A stretch of 64,000 bases of DNA from Candidatus Bathyarchaeia archaeon (GTDB lineage Archaea > Thermoproteota > Bathyarchaeia > 40CM-2-53-6): the NCBI GenBank assembly GCA_050013255.1, contig JBEKFP010000001.1:192001-256000 (forward strand). The letters run 5' to 3'. The notes beneath the pieces are model-generated. The model made no database searches. It saw only the letters and a list, made by a program, of their open reading frames with translations, and had not been told where the DNA came from. The translations under genes were made by a program, and so were the position numbers. Shown in pieces: positions 61,001-64,000 of the stretch (positions are counted from its first letter, which is position 1; the number at the start of each line of letters is the position of its first letter).

Positions 61001-62278
61001 AGAAAGTGGGGAGAAAGAGAAGACAAGAATGACCGAGAATACAGAGACGGAAATGCCCCAATTCATATGGATTTTGGCAATTACACGATGGGGCGTCTGG
61101 TCAAGGACAGAAGTAACTACGACTTTGACAATACTGAGTACAAGACCGTACGCGGAAACATATTTTGGCGAATCTACGATCTTGGATACTCGCTTGAGAG
61201 ATTTGGGGAAGTCGACAGACTCATTAATCGAATGAATTGGGGATACGGTAGAGGCGAGAACGGCGGGAAAATAGATCGCTACGGAAAGAAATACTCATGG
61301 ATAGCATTTTTCGAACTTGCCGGATTGAGGCAGGACAGAAAACTCCTACCGGACGATTATGGTTTTCCACGAATTTCTAGTTGCGATATCGATCCGAGCT
61401 TTCCTAAAGATATCCAACAATATCAAGTTCCGCTAGACGACTTCTTGGAAATCACGTCCATTTCATCTCAGGAATGGATAGAGAAAACAACCGCGCCTAA
61501 CATAAGCTCCGCCCTCATAATCCCGAAGATTCTCGGAAATGATGGTCCATGGGTTTTGCTAGACGGTTTTATCGTGCAAGAGGATTTGGAGGCAAATCGA
61601 GACTGCTTTTTGCACCCGCGATGTTTTCTGATTCAGAATTCCGATTTAGAGGAATTTGTGACTCTGCTCAAGAGAAACTCCCAAGCTTGGATTCCAGACA
61701 TACCAAAAGACTACTACACATATGCAGGCGAAATTCCATGGTGCGACACATTTCCCAACAATGGTCAAGATGAGATGGAACTCACGGTCAAGACAAAGAA
61801 AGAAGTTCGCCCAATGGCGTCGCGTGTAGAATCAGGATTTGTAATCAAAGAACAGGAAGTTGAAGTCCCAAGCGAAGTTCGGAAATTTGCTGTGTTTCTT
61901 CCAGTTAGATACAATTGCTATGAATCTTACCACAGCGAAGTCAATCCCAGTCGTTCCGTACTAGTTCCTGCAAAGGAGATCTCTCAAATCTTTAAGGTAT
62001 GTTCTCAGGCCCAAACTTTCGATATGCATGAGAAAAAAGGAAAAAAAGCGTCGATCACCGTCAGTTGGGGTAAGGAATATCACGATTCCCAGCTAGTCTT
62101 TTTGCGCCAAGATCTGCTGGACGGATATCTGGGAGGATGGAGTATGTCACTAGTATGGGTAATTAGTGGCGAAAGACGACTTTGGTCAGAAGAAAAAGAT
62201 ACTATTGGACTTGGAAGGTCGATCGAGAAGTATGCCCCATTTTTCCATGTCTTGAGCTACACGCCCAAGAAGACGTGA
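58055..62278 (+). CDS. nuclease-STAND NTPase antiviral protein (AVAST/Avs, Avs2-like sensor)
   Basis: N-terminal FEELC...GDGVE...WGWQAKF nuclease; GGPGVGKT Walker A; VIDGLNE Walker B; C-terminal LRDKTTRAL, NDPYISER, HILMRDYAR, RYGKKYSWIA. Confidence 0.8.
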   Translation: MLDWSKLKPYHNNKHLSFEELCYQTAKCLFQDHFTRIDDTGGGDGVEFYRVLPEGDEWGWQAKFYYPQARLNLSNRKASIEESLISSCKKHPRLKKWILCTPTNLTPEESTWFSQELKKKIPTNMTVELEHWGDGEFNDWTRHPHFGGIRHYFFGELEFTMDWFKKRFEEISPIYKDKFNPALHTPTIFDSHIQNTLCELTLTQELHEIVEYIRTKIQEYVKTVDDLKKPLPMHIDWGTVKSVLIAALEPNASVAKDALARLKKVCEFLDQGLIDEIRSWNLNETEDFLKVIVQSSESCEKACSGFDENALTYTGEERERVRALGEASQMVRQPIRLAAVLADSFSDFTRVLRAVTRSNLNILGGPGVGKTHLVSHVVDERIRRELPAILVPGSRFMSQQPISQQLLQMLDIPANYSWDDFLSALDCSAQAYGTRVPLVIDGLNEAIASGTLSEIWKRELPVLINQIKQLKNIVLITTCRTSYEKGVWPDDALPNRLYLRGWSPENLEAAIHKYFDWYKISGDLTTSSLRQFQNPIYLKIFCEANNAERRQEKEVYVGEETLFEVFKVWLNQCSQSICDRLNLHTSVSVAQDSIRKIALRIWEKHVRELPIAELAEIVDNTPLKELQWNQSWTKAVLDEGLLVCRDLRDQGEVAYFTYDLLGGYVIAHSLVEKEKNSLDSFLKSNEVTNKLFSDDYRNLHPLYEDISRSLAVVLPVTTGRFLHQVREDEKPFNFSIAAIFELPPSVVSNGCVELIAKLFDDERNRKYLISLAASTMTQTQHPLNAVFWSKRLLELPMAERDTCWTEYVRENEEQLQSTVVRFERLCMDRDASSPVAKERCHLMAQQLMWTLTSTARTLRDKTTRALYWYGRWMPDRFFDLVLSSLEVNDPYISERMLAATYGVAMARQIEFTDNTFTTVTLPRYGKELYEVMFGEKAPHRTTHILMRDYARRTIELALIHHPDLLSSEQQQRIRPPFSEEGIRKWGEREDKNDREYRDGNAPIHMDFGNYTMGRLVKDRSNYDFDNTEYKTVRGNIFWRIYDLGYSLERFGEVDRLINRMNWGYGRGENGGKIDRYGKKYSWIAFFELAGLRQDRKLLPDDYGFPRISSCDIDPSFPKDIQQYQVPLDDFLEITSISSQEWIEKTTAPNISSALIIPKILGNDGPWVLLDGFIVQEDLEANRDCFLHPRCFLIQNSDLEEFVTLLKRNSQAWIPDIPKDYYTYAGEIPWCDTFPNNGQDEMELTVKTKKEVRPMASRVESGFVIKEQEVEVPSEVRKFAVFLPVRYNCYESYHSEVNPSRSVLVPAKEISQIFKVCSQAQTFDMHEKKGKKASITVSWGKEYHDSQLVFLRQDLLDGYLGGWSMSLVWVISGERRLWSEEKDTIGLGRSIEKYAPFFHVLSYTPKKT

Positions 62279-62590
62279 TTGAATTCCAAGGGACACTGGG
62301 TTCTGCTAGGAATACGCGAAATATTCCTTGGACAGAACCTATGATGCCTGCACGTGGACTTCCACGTCTAAACCATCGATTACACGTGGCCATCAGAAAA
62401 TGAGCCTTATGTAATATCCCCAGTCAGCTGGTGCGGGCAATGGAAATTGAACTTAGCCCATCAGTCCTACTGACAGGAGAAGTTTAGTCTAAGATATGCG
62501 CTATGTAAGTTCATGAGCCATTTGTCTGATTAGAGGAGCTCGCGAGAAGGCGAACATCCTGTGTTCGCGGAGCCGAGCACAACAGCTATG

Positions 62591-62615
62591 GAGGGTTCGA
62601 ATCCCACCCATCGCA
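62591..62615 (+). repeat. degenerate tRNA 3'-end relic
   Basis: GAGGG-TTCGAAT-CCCAC-CCATCGC-A. Confidence 0.5.
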
Positions 62616-62674
62616 AGAACGATGCGTCCCCCCTTGTAGGGGGGCGGTGCTAGAAAAATAGGAACCACGTAGGC

Positions 62675-62727
62675 GCTATCAATTCAATCAGTTGGCAGAG
62701 ATTCTATAAGGAAGGGGAGCGACCGCT
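62675..62727 (+). repeat. ~52-bp direct repeat, copy B (promoter region of the DZR gene)
   Basis: Matches 51045-51096. Confidence 0.85.
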
Positions 62728-62735
62728 ATCATTGA

Positions 62736-62930
62736 ATGGTCATGCAAGCTGGTCCGCAAAGGCCGGGCATTGTGTTTTGCAGCAACTGTGGAATGAACAA
62801 TCCGACGGGGAACAAGTACTGTTACGGTTGCGGTAAGTCCCTTTTCAGCATAACCTGTTCCTACTGCAGTACCATCAATCCCCAGTACGCCCACTTCTGT
62901 GGGTCGTGTGGTCGAGCCCTAGCCCGCTAG
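62736..62930 (+). CDS. double zinc ribbon protein
   Basis: Four CxxC pairs: CSNC, CYGC, CSYC, CGSC. Confidence 0.85.
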   Translation: MVMQAGPQRPGIVFCSNCGMNNPTGNKYCYGCGKSLFSITCSYCSTINPQYAHFCGSCGRALAR

Positions 62931-62935
62931 ATTGA

Positions 62936-63070
62936 TCAAGCGCCCCCTTTCAACCGGTCTCGATAATGTTCCCGAAACTTCCTTACCGACGAACCCGAAT
63001 CCTCAGCCACACGCTCTAGAGCATTGAAATCGGGCCCAATGGCTTCGGAGTAGCCTCGGCGAGTGTTCAA
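62936..63070 (-). pseudogene. relic 3 of gene X (internally deleted, 44 aa)
   Basis: ...ALERVAEDSGSSVRKFREHYRDRLKGGA*; 62985-63015 matches 56595-56625 and 62930-62977 matches 63953-64000. Confidence 0.55.
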
Positions 63071-63110
63071 CTCCCCACACCAATAATCCTGAACGAGCAA
63101 CGCTTATAGG

Positions 63111-63132
63111 GCGTAAACAAGATCGTTTACGC
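63111..63132. promoter_or_regulatory. TA operator palindrome
   Basis: GCGTAAAC-AAGATC-GTTTACGC between a TTATA box and the antitoxin ATG. Confidence 0.7.
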
Positions 63133-63135
63133 GTC

Positions 63136-63363
63136 ATGACAACAGTTCAGGTTCAGGTCAGGGTGCCGAGGAAAGTGGTCCAAGAAATAGATAGGTGGAT
63201 AGCAGAAGGTCGGTTTGCTAACAGAAGCGAGGCCATCAAGACGGTCCTAACACTTTACGAGGAAAGAGAGAACACGAGAAAGTTCTACCAGACCATCCTC
63301 AAGCGCAGTGAGCAAGCGAAGAAGAAACCTGACTCACTAATTCCCCTCGAAGAGATTTCTTGA
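63136..63363 (+). CDS. RHH (CopG/Arc/MetJ) antitoxin
   Basis: VQVQVRVP...GRFANRSEAIK; 4-nt overlap with the toxin. Confidence 0.85.
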   Translation: MTTVQVQVRVPRKVVQEIDRWIAEGRFANRSEAIKTVLTLYEERENTRKFYQTILKRSEQAKKKPDSLIPLEEIS

Positions 63364-63629
63364 CCTATCAGGTCCTCCTTCACCCCAAATCAGCCAAGTT
63401 CCTCTCGGGATTGGCGGAACCTTTGCGAACGAGAATCAAAGACGCGTTGAGAGAATTGCGGGATTCTCCTGAAACGAAGGGTGAACGCCTATCTCCCTCT
63501 GCGTTCTGGCGAATCAGAGTCGGCGACTACAGAGGGATCTATGAGATAGATAGAAAAGACAAGAGAGTAATTGTCCTGCACATTGGACACAGAGGCAGGG
63601 TATACGATGACTTCAGTCGTCTCCTCTGA
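63360..63629 (+). CDS. RelE/ParE family toxin
   Basis: YQVLLHPKSAKFL...WRIRVGDYRGIYEID...IGHRGRVY. Confidence 0.9.
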   Translation: MTYQVLLHPKSAKFLSGLAEPLRTRIKDALRELRDSPETKGERLSPSAFWRIRVGDYRGIYEIDRKDKRVIVLHIGHRGRVYDDFSRLL

Positions 63630-63675
63630 TCTGTTCGGAAGTTCGGGAGTGCGATAAGATGAGCTCAGATGGTTC

Positions 63676-63696
63676 GTGGGTTCGAATCCCAACCGG
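63676..63696 (+). repeat. degenerate tRNA T-arm relic
   Basis: GTGGG-TTCGAAT-CCCAA-CCGG. Confidence 0.4.
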
Positions 63697-63746
63697 AAAC
63701 TCTCACCAGAACAGTATCGAATCTCGACTTCCCATGAAAGTGAAAT

Positions 63747-63989
63747 GTGGCCAGGCGAGTTGAGTTGAAGAAGAAGCGGTTCTTCGTTGCAATCGATTTC
63801 TCGAGGTACAAGGGCAGATACGTTGCCGTGGTCGGAAAGAGAGTCGTTGCAAGCGGAACCAACGCGAAACAAGTGTGGTTAGAGGCCAAAAGGAAGAATC
63901 CTAAAGCTCGACCCGAGCTTCACAAGGTCCCGAAGGACGAGACGCTCGTGTTGATTGATCAATTGCCTACTTTCAACCGTTCTCGGTAA
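63747..63989 (+). CDS. DUF5678-like small protein
   Basis: YKGRYVAVVGKRVVASG...AKRKNP...KVP. Confidence 0.75.
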   Translation: MARRVELKKKRFFVAIDFSRYKGRYVAVVGKRVVASGTNAKQVWLEAKRKNPKARPELHKVPKDETLVLIDQLPTFNRSR

Positions 63990-64000
63990 TGTTCCCGAAA
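63959..64000 (-). other. 3' end of copy 4 of gene X (continues beyond the window)
   Basis: FREHYRERLKVGN*; 63953-64000 is 42/48 identical to 62930-62977. Confidence 0.55.

Noticed and set aside
54261-64000. Repeats as a CRISPR array or integron attC sites
   Set aside because: Spacing is irregular (1-6 kb), there are no cas or intI genes and no RYYYAAC/GTTRRRY ends; the repeats read better as coding relics.

Overview
Archaeal chromosomal window, TACK-like and most consistent with Bathyarchaeia. This is an inference from tgtA, SmAP3-type Lsm, an eL22-like protein, a CFI-box-CTERM protein, doubly intron-split tRNAs and the terminase family. Three zones are visible. (1) About 6.05-19.6 kb is a candidate ~13.5 kb catabolic island between an intron-containing tRNA-Leu(TAG) and a 26/27-bp copy of its 3' end. 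It carries a class III aminotransferase, two AstE/AspA deacylases (one lacking its Zn ligands), a Dpp/Opp ABC transporter, a C-N hydrolase and an isoaspartyl peptidase. (2) About 19.8-51 kb is mostly housekeeping and metabolic genes, including nuoBCDI with a LAGLIDADG intein splitting a [4Fe-4S] motif of NuoI, and sufCBD, which shares a palindromic motif with a nearby Cys-rich HTH regulator. (3) About 51-64 kb is a mosaic accessory/defence region. It holds a capsid-less, frameshifted terminase module with a palindromic upstream site, a divergent wHTH pair, parvulin, an AbiE-like pair, a 1407-aa nuclease-STAND (Avs-like) protein and a RelBE-like TA pair. Four decayed copies of one unannotated minus-strand gene and several tRNA 3'-end relics are interspersed. 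All family assignments come from reading motifs by eye; no searches were run.
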